The notes under the pieces: model-generated
Database searches by the model: none
What the model was told of the DNA's origin: nothing
The model's input: the letters and a program-made list of their open reading frames with translations, nothing else
In this document: piece by piece, positions 1-12,600 of the stretch
Numbering within the stretch: the stretch's first letter is position 1
Layout: each line of letters opens with the position of its first letter
Made by a program: the position numbers and the translations under genes
Assembly: GCA_050575255.1 (NCBI GenBank)
Contig: JBNZDD010013549.1
Coordinates: 239,354 to 303,353, forward strand
Length of the DNA: 64,000 nt
Reading direction: 5' to 3'
Source of the DNA: Harriotta raleighana
Taxonomy: Eukaryota

Positions 1-1620
1 TTGAACTCAAAACTGTTTATTATGCAGTTTAGAAAAGTAATCAATTCACAATCAGCCATTATTTGACAAGAATTACACGTTCTGGGTGTAGATATTTCAA
101 TTCAGTCATTACTGGAATTCTCTCAGGTGATAGCCAAACTAGACGAGGAAAGAAAATCAGTGGATTTAATCTACTTTTAATTTTCAAGCATTTGCTAGAT
201 TCAATGTACAGAGTTTCACTAATAAGATTAAGGCTGATGAAATTAATGGAAAATGAGCTAATCGAACTGAAAAATGCTGCAGCATCAAAACAACACCAGG
301 AAATAGTCAAAGCTCTTTATGGGGCAATGTCTACCTGCTAATTGTTGGTCACACAATTTATAAATAATATTCGTAGATGCAGAGGGGTTACTACTACTTA
401 CAATATGATAAAACTCTTTGACTGCTATTAGTGTTCATCTCCTAATCGCAACCCCACACTTTCATCATCCACAACAAATCCATATTTATGGTGAGCAATT
501 TTATTGGTAAGCTAGCTTTCAGCCAGCAAAACGCTAGACAAAAGGAATGCGCATTATCCGTCATGAATACTGTCTTCTTATAGTTAAGACTGTTTTCTTT
601 TAACAATCCATCCGTTTAGAGAAACAAGCCCATAAAATGGCCATTCATCACATCGTTCAATAGTTTAAACCGCATCTCCAATTCCGAAGACAGCTTGTGA
701 TCTGCCCAGTATTATCGTATAATTCCGATGTAAAATACACAGATGGACAACTATTCGTTTGCAGAAGTTACTTCAGTATTGAACAGTCAGCTTAAGGATG
801 TTATACAACCTTCCAACAGAATCAATCAAGTATTCTACTTTTGGTATAGACAAGGGATGACATGCTATATCTTTTGATGACAACAAGCTGGGCTAACTGA
901 TCATTCTAACTGAAGATGCAGAAGTACATGGTTAGAAAATTAATATTATATTTTAACAAAAGATAAGATTAATTTCCTGAATGGTCAAAATCCAACTGGA
1001 TTGAATCGAATTTGGAGCACTGATACATTCATCCTCATTCTGCCAATGTCCAACTTATTAGCACACTCCTGTAGGTGTGTTTTCCATTAAATATGATGGG
1101 ATTCTAAAATTGGCAATAAATCCAAAGATTGCAAGTTTTAAAACTCCCTTTACTGCCCAGGTCTTGAGATTACATAGTTTTCCTTTCATCTGGCTTTTGT
1201 TGAACAACCACTTATAAGGTTGTAAGTAACCCAGGGTTCATACATAAATCCACATATGGCCAATAACCAAAATCTTGATCTTATCAACAATAAATGAGGA
1301 TTATAACAGGCTGATAAGATCAATGTCTGTGTACGATTTTAGGTTAATGGCCATATGTGGATGATCTATTGAAGTTCGTTTGCACTTGGCTCTTAACAAA
1401 GGTACTTTTCTTGTGAACTTCCCATATCTAACGAGAGGGGATACTTACTTTTGCTTCAATCCTAATGTTCTTTTAGTTATTGCACCTTTTAGCTTTCCAG
1501 TGTTTCACCACTACAGAAATACGTTGTGCGGCTTCTAACTTTACACATGAACATTGTACCACTGATTTAGCAGTAGATATCCTTTCCAAGACACAGGGAC
1601 GGAATGCAAGGGATAACTGA
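1..1620 (+). pseudogene. Decayed env-like (fusion glycoprotein-like) gene remnant of an LTR retroelement/ERV, cut by the window start
   Basis: AT-rich stretch free of SINEs, directly upstream of a PPT and candidate LTR. Hand translation across stops and frameshifts gives a heptad-like piece (VINSQSAII*QELHVLGVDISIQSLLEFSQVIAKL, frame 1), Cys-containing pieces (VICPVLSYNSDVKYTDGQLFVCRSY ~700-770; SFCQCPTY ~1036), a second helical piece (LSTINEDYNRLIRSM ~1280-1325) and a hydrophobic TM-like piece (GILTFASILMFF*LLHLLAF ~1438-1497). No homology search was run. Confidence 0.45.
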
Positions 1621-1753
1621 ATTACTGCTCGCCCTTTTTTTGGTGAAGCAAAATGAGAAAAAGTGGGATTGAAGCTAAAATGACTGGTTCGGCATCTATT
1701 TCGATACGTGGGCACGACTGAATCAGTAAACATTATTCAACAGAATTCAACAT

Positions 1754-1761
1754 AAAGGGGG
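1754..1761 (+). other. Polypurine tract (AAAGGGGG) of the LTR retroelement
   Basis: The sequence reads cat-aaaggggg-tgtgatg: a purine run abutting a TG dinucleotide, the usual PPT/3' LTR junction. Confidence 0.55.
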
Positions 1762-3059
1762 TGTGATGTGCTGTCTCGCGTATTATGGAAGAAATAAATG
1801 ATTCAGCACAGAAACACTGCTCAAAGGTGGCCTAACCCATTTACATGGATTCAGTGTTGCAAGTGTCATATCGGAATTGCTTTGCTTGCGATCCCCTGCT
1901 GTGAAGCGAGTATAATTGTGCTCAGTTGTATTGACCTGTGTGGTTGAGTATCCTGCCAATACTCCCCGTCTGGGCTTACAAGCAATAGAAAGCAAGCATA
2001 CCCCCATAAGATCTAACCCTTTCAGTGGAGGTTGGGAGAGAAACAGGGCAGGGAGAGGAGGGAAAACAACCTCCAACACTGGCAATATTGTGTTTGGTCC
2101 GAGCTGAAATCGGGCTCGAGTTTGCCAAGAAATATCATAAAGGTGCTTTGATACTGGCACAATGAATTGATGTTTCCCGTGCAGCTGAAGCTGAGGACTG
2201 ACAAGAACAGGACACTGCGGCTGCTGTTAAACCCGGGAGGGAAAAGTCCCAGTTCTTGCTCGAAAAAAAAGCTCTAGCTCAAGGCAGAGCTGGCAACTCC
2301 TGACCAAAACTTGTGAAGAATCACAAGTGCACACCTTTAATGTCATTAACCCCTGCCATATCTGGTTCCCTGACTGAACTCTTTTACTCCGAGTCCCTGG
2401 CCTGCCTAAGCGAAAGCCAGGCAGTCCATTATAGGTACCTACTTCTAAGTAAAAACTGCTCAGCTGCTAGTTATAAAAAGAATCTCGCGAAGAACCCTGG
2501 ACCTCTAAATTTGCAAATGAAATGGCTGAACATCATTGAGCACTTCATTATCGTGAAGAAACCCCTGTCCAGAACGAAGATAATGTTTACTTTCTGCCCT
2601 TTCATACTGCTGGTAGCGATGAAACTTTGCTTACGGCGGTATAGCTATTTATATTTGCAAACTTGATTTAGACTTGCCTGCTCTGAATCGCCCTCATCGG
2701 GGGCTATGAGCTCTGAGCAATGCAGAACGAGACATATAAGCAGGCCTCCGCTAAGTGGCAAGGCCACAAGTTCATTTCTTTTAATGTTATCAAAGCTTCA
2801 GGAGTGTGACTGCTGCTTTTTATACTGTGAGAAGCCTCCAACGCAGGCACAAAGTCGAGAGGTTGGTTGGAATTGGGTGCAGTCTGACTCGATTTGTACC
2901 CCCGTTGCTTCAGTTCGAAAACCATCTCCTCGAGCCAGACATCGCATAAACGTACAGCGAGGGAAAACCCAAGCAGAAGTAGGTAAAACAGCAGGAACGT
3001 TGAAAACGTGGGCTCACAGTCCCAGCTTCTAGGAGGAGAACAAGCGCAGTCTCGTTACA
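1762..3059 (+). mobile_element. Putative 3' LTR (~1.3 kb) of an ERV/LTR retroelement
   Basis: Starts TGTGATGTG right after the PPT and ends CTCGTTACA (imperfect terminal inverted repeat, TG...CA). It is richer in GC/CpG than its flanks and has a TATA-like TTATAAAAAG at ~2471. I saw no clear AATAAA downstream of the TATA box, and no second LTR is in the window. Confidence 0.5.
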
Positions 3060-3434
3060 AAGCACGAAAAGAGTTGAGATTGAAAATACCATAAATGTAT
3101 TCCATATTTTCCCAGGGGACATCACCAATTGGTACTTCCTGAAAGCACCCATGGGTAAAATTAAATAAGAGGATGAAAGAATGTAACTGTGCAACTTTCA
3201 GCTTGACTGCAGGTTGAAAATTATCAAGCAGCACATTTTTGGTTATCATTTTTGAGCATTATTCATTGAGATTATTTATTTCCACCGTTCACCCTAATGT
3301 GATACAAGTGCAAGTATTTTGAAAAGAAATGTTGCCTAGTTTGTCATTTGCTGTTAATGGCTCCTAATTTCTTTTAATATGCTGCAGCTTCTGAATCATT
3401 CAAGATTAGATCAACAAATGTGGAATTAATTTCA

Positions 3435-3690
3435 AGAAAACGTTTCATTCTCTGTCTTCCCACCCCCCTCTACCCACAAAAAAAAGTTTCACTGTTCTCC
3501 AGAGTAATGTTTGCAAAACTTTCATTTGAATACGAAGCANAGAAAACGTTTCATTCTCTGTCTTCCCACCCCCCTCTACCCACAAAAAAATAGTTTCACT
3601 GTTCTCCAGAGTAATGTTTGCAAAACTTTCGTTTGAATACGAAGCGNTCTCCAGAGTAATGTTTGCAAAACTTTCATTTGAATACGAAGC
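3435..3690. other. Assembly artefact: duplicated contig ends around single-N joins (3540, 3647)
   Basis: Near-identical ~105 bp and ~45 bp copies directly separated by a single n. Confidence 0.85.
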
Positions 3691-3945
3691 AAATTTGTCT
3701 TCACAATTACAAGGGATAAACATTAGATTAAGGTGGTGTGAATTTTACTGGGGGAAATGTTTTTTAAAGGTCTCATGAGAATATACAGGCTGGTACTGAC
3801 CAGTACAGTATCTGTATGTTTTGAATGTTCCAGGTGAGAGTCTGACTCAGCTGGTAGCAAATTTGGGACTTTGAACTCAATGCAGGCATTATTATAGGTT
3901 CAGAAGAATATAATATAATATAACAATAATAATATATAATAATAA

Positions 3946-4112
3946 TGGATTGAAATGACCAATTTTATTGTTGTGGGTTTTTTTGGAGGGATTATCATCA
4001 GGCGTGTGGAGTAAGGAAACTTGCCCAAGTTTTCGCCCTGATCTGCCTGGATTCGAACACAGGTCTCATGCTTGTGAGGCGAGTGCTCTAACCACTAAGC
4101 CACAGGAGCTCC
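3946..4112 (-). mobile_element. Young tRNA-derived SINE, 5' half
   Basis: The reverse complement shows an A box (ggcttagtggttagagc) and a B box (gttcgaatcc), plus the body cttgggcaagtttccttactccacacgcctgat shared with the copies at 47.3, 56.0 and 61.7 kb. Confidence 0.9.
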
Positions 4113-4119
4113 TGAAATA

Positions 4120-4412
4120 TTAAACCGAGGTGCTATCTGCTTGTTCAGGTCAAGTTTATTTCGATGACGACAGTGGCAACCATTCGAACAGTGAAGGGTG
4201 TTTCTCCTGGTGTCCTGGCCAACATTTCTCCAAATAGAATTGGACATTCACTTCATAACATGTTGTTTGTGGGATATTGCTGTGTGCAAATTAGCTGCCA
4301 CATTCACCTGCAAACAGAGTTCCTGCACTTTACAGTGACTCCTGGCAAGCATTTTGAGATAGACTCCCAACATGAAAGGAGTTGTATCGAATGCAAGGAT
4401 TATTATTCTTAT
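4120..4412 (+). mobile_element. Older Deu-domain SINE (SacSINE1/AmnSINE-like)
   Basis: Contains ctcctggtgtcctggccaacatt ... tgtttgtgggatattgctgtgtgcaaattagctgcc and an L2-like tail gaaagg...aatgcaaggattatt. Confidence 0.75.
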
Positions 4413-6616
4413 TATTCTACAAATAGAAAGTTGAAAGTGCTATTCCATACCAGTTAGGCCGTATGGCATATTTCTGTTCCACATATTGTATTCTAATGCA
4501 TATACCCACCAATCGCTATTTTATCAGAAAACTATGCAGTTTCCTCTTGAGGTTACTGACAAGAGAGTAACTTTGTTTGTCTCTGCTGTCTCTCTGAGCA
4601 ATCCGTCTAATCCTATTTTTAAAAATGTATAAATAACACGTGTTTGAAATGAAGAAAGATTTGTTGTAAAACAAATGCATGAAGTCTGAGTCTAATGTTA
4701 GCGTTTCTGACTGGTAGTCTTAATGTGATTAATCTGGTATAATTCTTGTTCAGTGTCGTCATCGAAATAATTGGGCAAGCTTTTCAAAAAGTGAAGCAGG
4801 CGTGCATGCACTAACTTAATAAGTAGAAAGAGAACGACTATCCCAATATTTTGATCATTTTTGCAGCATCAAAAGCTTATCTAGAAGAAAACAATTGTAA
4901 AGGACAAGCAGATGGGAACAGAAACTAGGGGTACCAAAACTGTAATTGACCTACAAAAGGAGATGATTATGAACTATGTTTACTGCAATTTGGGGTTCAA
5001 AAGCTTGAAATCTTGCAAGATTACATCTGTTTTGTCTACTGCTTAGATGAAACCATTTGGGTATTTTTAAGATTTAATCTCAAACAGCAAAGTAGAACCA
5101 TCCAAAAATGTATTCTGAAATTTTCCACCAGAACCAGAAGATTACGGTTCATTGCAGAAATGTTTTTATAATTAGACATCTGTTTGAAGGTTTTTCTTAA
5201 AGAGAATTCACCTTTATGCTGTAAGGTCAGCTTTCATGAGTCCACCGCAATCGTACTGTGCTTTTTAAGTGAAACTGATTCCCCTAAATCTTTTGTCTTT
5301 ACTAATGTAAAATAACAAATCGAGGATTGATTCTGCAAAGCGCCGTCCACATCCACTTCTCACAAAGAAAAGCTCTCATATCAAGCCACATTTAGCGAAA
5401 AATCTGTAATACACATCTATCGCATCACTTCAATTTCACTCACAACTGCTAGATTTAAGGGCACTGGATTGATTATGTTAACTGTTCTGTGAGATTAACC
5501 CAATTCTCTTGTGGAAGGCCTGAGATCAACAGGTGGCTACTGTGGCAGAACAATACCTCATATTGTTCCCATTTTTTAATGAGTCATTGAGTTACTGATC
5601 GGCAGTGACGGTGCAAGCTGTTTAAGGCAGGCAATGCAAACTGTGTGTGATCTGTCGGCCAAAACGCTTACCTAAAAGCACGTGCTTGCCCAGCTGGGGC
5701 TCCCGAGTTATTTTTATTTGCATGTCCAAACACAAGCAGCAAGGGGTTTCATTTGTTTGTGTTCGATGACTAGAGACCTTTTACTGCACAAAGAACTCGG
5801 GCACACTGAAGGAATGTCGGGAAAGGAATCTCTAATAGTCAGATAAGGCCTTAACTCACAGAGGGGGGGAGGAAGGATTGTTCTCTGGGAGGAAAGCATT
5901 TTTACTCAATCAAAAGGGTTCGCAACATAAACTCTTACCAAATAATGAATTTTATACACACAGCTATTAAAACAAACAGTCATTTGGAGCTATGTTTTGA
6001 CTGTTTCATCGACCGAAAACATTCTTATTTTATTTTCCACTTTTCCATCTTTAAATATTTCACGTTCTTCAAAATTCAGGGGGTAGAATTACTGTACTAA
6101 ACCCTATGACACAGGCAGATTTGATGCAAAGAATAACCCCTATGCCCCTCAAGGCCAAACTGACCAGAATGTTGCAAGTTTGGCTCTTAGGCCTTTTGCA
6201 CCAAATTGATCTCAGCCAGGGCAGGCAAGCAAGACACTCCAGGCAAACGAGCGTTTGGGAGGAAAAGAATCATTCAGGACATCCATTGCTGATGCAGTTG
6301 CTTCTACTGCATATGTGCCTATGCGGATGCCTGGTGAGGATAGAATAGGGCTTGGATCATGCCTGAATTACCTACAGACAGCCACCATCAAGTACACAGG
6401 TTCACACAAGGAGAAAAGCATTTTTGCTATGTTGTTTTGGTTGGAGTACTGTCATTGGCAGAGTATAATATTCCTGACAGAGGCATTGCCTAGGATTGAC
6501 AATCATAATTGTGAACAAAATAGTACTGCATTGGAATGGTCAGGGTTCCAGTCTGAGTTGTGTTGGCTGGTCTCAGCCAGGCATCAATTATGTACATACC
6601 ACAATTAGTTTTATAG

Positions 6617-6774
6617 TAATAATAATCCTTAATAATCCTTGCATTTGATATAGCGCCTTTCACGTCTTCTAGACGTCTCAAAGCCCTTCACAGAATATAC
6701 TGTGAAGTGAACTGACTGTCTTTTTGTGGGTGAAACGCGGCAGCCAATTGCGCACAGAAGTGTCCCACAAAAGT
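6617..6774 (-). mobile_element. Young SINE, 3' part (Deu domain plus L2-like tail with (ATT)n)
   Basis: aataatccttgcatttgatatagcgcctttcacgtcttctagacgtctcaaagc...gcagccaattgcgcacag; more than 10 similar copies occur in the window. Confidence 0.92.
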
Positions 6775-7507
6775 TGACTGGTGAGTTTCTGGATGTCAGG
6801 TCAGAATAGGATTAGACATTTTCATTCCCCACCTAGCCTCGCATCCTCCTCAGCATTGCATGGAATATTAACTGCTTCGGGCCCTGTTTACATTACATTA
6901 CTTTACATGACACAATGGGGTGGGGGGCACTCACAGTGAAGTTCTTTGGCCCATGTGTGATGAATTATTGAATGAGAAATTAAAGGGGGCAGATGATGCG
7001 AGACGTCAATTCCATCACCAAGATGCTCTTGAGAGAATCAATTGATGGCAGGCTGACAAAGGTGCCAGTTTCATGTTGCGAGACTGGTTGTGATTAACTA
7101 AATGCAACATCAGAAGACTATTAAGCCAACTCTTTGGGGGTAAGTTTCCTATTTATTTCTAATTCCATGTGAATTATATCGGCTGCCTTACATTGAGGTG
7201 GACCCAGTTCTTCCATACCAGGATAAAGTTGCAAATTGTCTCAAGTTACAGTGATGGAGTAAAAGAGGCATCTTTGGACATTGGCTCTTTTACTATAGAG
7301 TCCTGAAGCCACTTTACCAATTGCCATACTTCAAACGGGCCACATTTCTGTTTTAAACAATGAAACGCCTAAGAAGTCTAAATTAGTTGCGGCAGAATTT
7401 CAAATATGTCTTCTAAATGTACTCTGCCACCTCCCATCCGAAGTCTGCTATGCCTCTGTGTTGATTGTCCATTTCAAATTGATTGTGGAATTTGCTCGAG
7501 AATTAAA

Positions 7508-7660
7508 TGATAATCCTTGCATTTGATCCAAGGCCTTATCACGTCTTCCAGACGTCTCCAATCGCTTCGCAGAATATTCTGTGAAGTGAATTGACTGTAT
7601 GTTTTGTGAGCGAAATGTGGCAGCCGATTGTGCTCATTCGTGGATTGAGCGGACCTAGTT
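7508..7660 (-). mobile_element. Young SINE, 3' part
   Basis: Same motif chain as 6617-6774. Confidence 0.9.
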
Positions 7661-8959
7661 ATTCTTCTTGATTTTTTTGGAAGTGGTGAAGAAAACGTGT
7701 GAAAATGTACTTAAGCACTGCAACCTCTGATCGAAGAGTTACCCATGGAAATGAAACTCTTATCGTTGAATATGTGTTCATTGCAACAAAGCTCTCAAAA
7801 GTGCATTTAGTTTAGTGCACACACAGTGTACTTATCAGCTTTCTTTGCAGCTTTCTGCCCTCTTCTGCTTAAGTAGCTGAGTCACGTTGGGATACCGATG
7901 AGCAAGCCTCAGGAATTCCCCCAGTGTCTTGCTATTCTTCTTGTGTCTACCCTTCACAGTGGGTGCCAGTGTTACCCGGGAAAATGGTCCATCTTACCAA
8001 GAGTTAAATTTTATGACCATAGCTTTAGATTGGTACCTCGACCAGCTGAGGTTTTGAGGGAGCGTAAGCACCTTCGATACTGAAAATAATATGGGTGAAA
8101 CTACTGGGAAGAATGTTGAGTGGATAACATCAAGTTGTGGATGGAAAAACATCTGCACCGCATCTAGACTTTATTACTTTCAGTCACCACTTATTGCTTA
8201 AATAAAGACAGAAGTATTATTCATCCCTCATATTTTTGTTAATGAGAAAATAAATTCCTTATGCGATGTACATAGCTTTTTACAAACCAAACGTAACTCT
8301 TTCCAATTAATGCTGAGAAAACAAGTCAACATTTCTGGCAGGAAGCGCTTTTATAACCCTGAGTGGTTATAAACCTTCACAAACTATTTTCTCCCCGATT
8401 CTCTTCGAGTTTGCTTAAAAAGTGAGCACACTTTGTACTTTTTTTGTTCCATCGTTGGTATTCGGATCCCACCACTGTCAGCCACCTATGGCCAAGCATT
8501 TGCAATGCCTCGCCTCAAAAAGTTATTTCTCCCCTTTCAACCGTGAATGTCCTCTGACATTGTCTGGGGTGCAATGCTGCCATTTTGCATAGAATGCAAC
8601 AAACAAAATATTCACAGATGTTCTCGGGATTGATCTGTGATCCACTCCTGTGAAATCTAAATGTCAGATTCTAATTTTGAACATGCCAGGAATAATCTCT
8701 ATCACCAAGGGCATTGAGAGTCTCAGGACATTGGCCTTTTGCATGGTTTTGATGAGCCTGAGTTTCTGTTCCATTTTTAGCAGGAATATGGCATTCAAAG
8801 CACACAAGTTAAAATGCATACTGTATTATGTCACTGTGCTACTTAGCGGCCAGCTACCAACTTTTTCTCCTTGTAAACATTTTTTGGTTCGTTCCAGCAA
8901 GGGTAAGTTTATCGCTTGCAACCAAAACGTCAAGTCATCCCACAAATAAACACAAGGTG

Positions 8960-9090
8960 AATGAATGGAGGATTGTAGGCCAGGACATCAGGAGAGAAAC
9001 TCGCTTCTCTTTTCAAATAGCTTCATGGCTGGGGTCTTTAATATCAACCTGAATGGGCAGTCAGGACCCCGGTTTAACGTCTCGCCTGAA
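8960..9090 (-). mobile_element. Older Deu-domain SINE fragment
   Basis: ggccaggacatcaggagagaaactc...ttcaaatag...cccggtttaacgtctc is the reverse complement of the central region seen at 4120-4412 and 35693-36040. Confidence 0.7.
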
Positions 9091-10495
9091 ACAAAGTTAA
9101 AACCTTCTCAGGTGAAAACTTTCAATAACAAATTTCACTGGAGATTAGTCTTCGCGAAACGTACCATGTGGTTCCCTTTAACATTCAGTTGGAATGCTGC
9201 TGTGTAGTTTTTATGTTCAGCCCCATAATGAAAAGTTGATCAATTGTTGTCCAGCATTATTGGTCTCCCTGGTATTTCCCCCTTTTTTGTTTAAAGGAGG
9301 AACACATACGTTTTGGCTTGAACGAATGCCTTAAAGTTTAAGGGGGATAAAACTTATAGAGTCGGCTTTATTATATATGTTTCTTTTTTTTTAAAAAACA
9401 AGAATGTGGAGCCTCCAAAAGGGATACTGCCTCCTTAATAAAAATTAGCATTGGGAGGGTAAGAAAAGGGAAAATAATTTAATAGAAACATGCTGCATTA
9501 ACCTTTAACTAGACCTGGAAACCAATCCTGCTGCAGGCTTGTGTTTCGCCCACATAATGGGTCATCCTGGATCTCATTATTACAGCAGAGCTGAAAAACC
9601 CCCGTCAGGGACAATGATGTTAAACTGGCATCTGTATATAATAAGGGAAGTATTTGGGGCCATAAAAAAAAATTCTATCCAGTTTAAACTAAACAATATT
9701 GCTTTTTTTTTCCCCAAACTAATTGCCTCTGGCATTTCAAGTTAATGCTTCCGTTCAAAAACACAGGCTCGGATGCATTTATTAAAATGAATTGGCACTT
9801 AGAGGCAATGTGGAGGAAAGGGTGTAAAAAAGAGATAACATCTATTAAACGTTGTACTTTACACATTAATAGTCTGTGAATTGGGTTGGAGCGTTTAACC
9901 CTGTACTTAGTTCTTTGTTTGCAGGTGGCAAGTTTCCTTTTTTAATTACACGACTTTAAATGTTTCGCAAATGTTAAATACAGTTTGTACCTCGGGTATT
10001 TTATAATTGCTCAGCCTTTCGCCCGTTAGATAAAAGCAGAATTGCTGTGAATGTTGAGGAAGAACAATTTTTTTGCAGATAAAAGGAAAGAAGGCTTTGC
10101 CTCTCACTCATGGATCAATTCCTCTGAGCTTTTCATGTGGGAAAAATGTACGACTCGGGTCGTTTTTGCTCCTTCTCGTTTGTGAAAATATCCAGATTTC
10201 ATCAGAGCTTGGTAATGACGTGCTAATGAAAAACTCTATTTTATTTTAACAGGTTACAGCACAGGCAAGGTGCAAATGGCATAAAACTGCACAAGGTGCT
10301 AAAACTGCTGTTTCCACTGTGTAGGGTACGAATAATGCTTCCCACAACGTCTCGATGTTACGAGGGCTTTTCATGTGACATTGTGAATGAATTAGGAATA
10401 ATCTATTCTAGGCCTCAGTCATAAAGTACATTTTTTTTCATTCAAAGTTTGTGTATTTTTTCTCAAAATGAGGGAGAAACTGTCCTATGAAAGAT

Positions 10496-10788
10496 AGCGC
10501 GGCCACAATCTCTCTAACGGACTGTGCTGTTCATTGGTGTGATACACGCTTGGTCTAAACTGCAGCAATTTCAAATTGAATTTCTTAATTCGCNGATAGC
10601 GCGGCCACAATCTCTCTAACGGACTGTGCTGTTCATTGGTGTGACACACGCTTGGTCTAAACTGCAGCAATTTCAAATTGAATTTCTTAATTCGCCGGAT
10701 CATCANTCTAACGGACTGTGCTGTTCATTGGTGTGATACACGCTTGGTCTAAACTGCAGCAATTTCAAATTGAATTTCTTAATTCGCC
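10496..10788. other. Assembly artefact: triplicated ~100 bp segment around single Ns (10594, 10706)
   Basis: Near-identical copies are bounded by single n characters. Confidence 0.85.
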
Positions 10789-10881
10789 ATTGGTCTGAAT
10801 GAAGAATACTCTTAGGCCCATTTGATCTCATCCCTCCAGAACTCCCACACTTCCGCCCCCCACCACTGCACTCCAATTGAG

Positions 10882-10936
10882 TGCCTTGGGATGTCCGCCT
10901 GACGTGAAAGGCAAGTGTATTTCCATTGTTGTTGTT
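10882..10936 (+). mobile_element. L2 LINE extreme 3' end
   Basis: gccttgggatgtccgcctgacgtgaaaggc...ttgttgttgtt matches the tail joined to the L2 ORF2 remnant at 17030-17345. Confidence 0.7.
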
Positions 10937-12049
10937 AGTGTTGCATTAAGATGCTTTTTAAATGAGTCTAATGTCCTGGTCTCCACAAGGAATGCAAAAG
11001 GCCGGCCCGCTGATTTATGGGAACGCTCTCTTAACACCATCTATGTTCAGGGTTGACTTCCTGTGAGGTGCTGTGATGTGTGTGAACAAGACTCGGGTCT
11101 GGTAACGAATACTAGTTTGGAGCTCTTTAATTGTGTCAAAAGTAGTTTCTGTGTTCCCAGTGTGCTGCTAGTCTCCCGACTTTACTTCTGCCCTGAAGTC
11201 CTGACATCCTGATTTTACGTGGGCGTGAAACTGTAACAAAAAAGGCTTCTGGTTCTCCTGATGAATATTTGTTTGGTATTCACACCACCAAATGACATGT
11301 TGAAGTATGCTGAATGCTGAAACGCCGAAACGCATTGACCAAAGTATGTAAAATTATGAATTGGAGACACAATAACACAAAGCTCATCTGGCAATCGGGA
11401 GCAAAAACTGTCATATTTCAGTTTACATTACAGTAGATTTTTTTCTGTTGCCTCTCCTATTCTGTAGTGATGACATGACTGACACGCCTGGACACCTCTG
11501 CACAGCAGCTGAGGTGAGCTTGTCTGTCAATACAGGTTTGGTATGTTCACTTTCAGGCACTTGAGCTTGAACTCGATGACGCAGCTGAGCTGCCACTTAT
11601 GAGATCAGCTCAAACAGCATTTACTGGTTCTCATAAAACTGCGATGCAAAATTCCTATAGTCCTCTAGGCATTCATTTGTTTATACTAAACTGAAGTTCT
11701 GTTTGACAAAGTAATTTCAGTTCGATCACCTACAGACAATTGTGCTGATGGCTTGACAGTGATGGCTTGAGAAGCCATTTTAAATTTTGGGGATTGCTGC
11801 TGTCAACTGTATTCTTCACTTACTGTTTAGTCCATCACTGTTCAACCTCGGCCTCTTTAAGCAGAGAAGCTATAATGTGGTTCATCTAAGGGTGGATTGC
11901 ATGTAGATCATATTTAGATTTCTCTGCGCATTGATATTTATTGCTGCTGTTAACGCTCGGCAGCTGGAGTGAGTGATCTTATTAAACAGCGTCATATCAA
12001 CAACACGGGCCAGGTATAGAGACTGCAAATATTGGCAGTGTTTCAATAG

Positions 12050-12600
12050 TCCTGAGAATGTGTGTGTGCATGTGTATGTGTGTGTGCATATGTGTGTGAG
12101 TGGGAGAGTCTCAAATCCTCTTGAGAATTTTTCGTGGGAAAAGGGAGAGAAAGAGGGAGAAAGAGAATTTGCGCATTGTGCATTCACTCTCGAGTATTTG
12201 TGCATTGGACGTCCTCCCGACGTGAAAGGTGCTCTACACAGGTAATTTGTTGTTGTTATTTTTCAATTCTTCTATGGAATGGTGCGTCTGTCTCCAGAGG
12301 ATTGTGTGTGTGGGTGTGGGGGTGTATGTTTGCGTGTGTGTGTGTGTGTTTTCAGTGCCTTGGGATGTCCTCCCGACGTGAAAGGCACTCGAGAAATGTA
12401 ATTTTGTTGTTGTTGTTGTGTTTGTGGGTGGGTGGGTGGGTCCTAAGGATTGTACAGTATCTATATGTGTCTCCTGAGGATAGTGTGTGTTCTATGTGTG
12501 TTCTCTCTCTTGCTCTCTCTCGCTTCGTCTCTCTCCTGAGGATTGTATGTGCATATATGCATGTGTGCATGTGTAAAGAGGAGAGGTCTGTGTGTATCCA
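12050..12600 (+). repeat. (TG)-rich complex repeat with about 5 degenerate tctcctgaggattgtgtg units and two embedded L2 3' tails (~12202-12260, ~12353-12420)
   Basis: Units at ~12051, 12291, 12440, 12470 and 12532; gtcctcccgacgtgaaagg occurs twice, each followed by (gtt)n. Confidence 0.8.

Noticed and set aside
10496-10788. Regular ~100-bp direct repeats that might suggest an array (also at 3540, 14727, 16242, 21350, 27401)
   Set aside because: Each junction is a single N between near-identical copies. These are unmerged contig overlaps, not a biological or CRISPR-like array.
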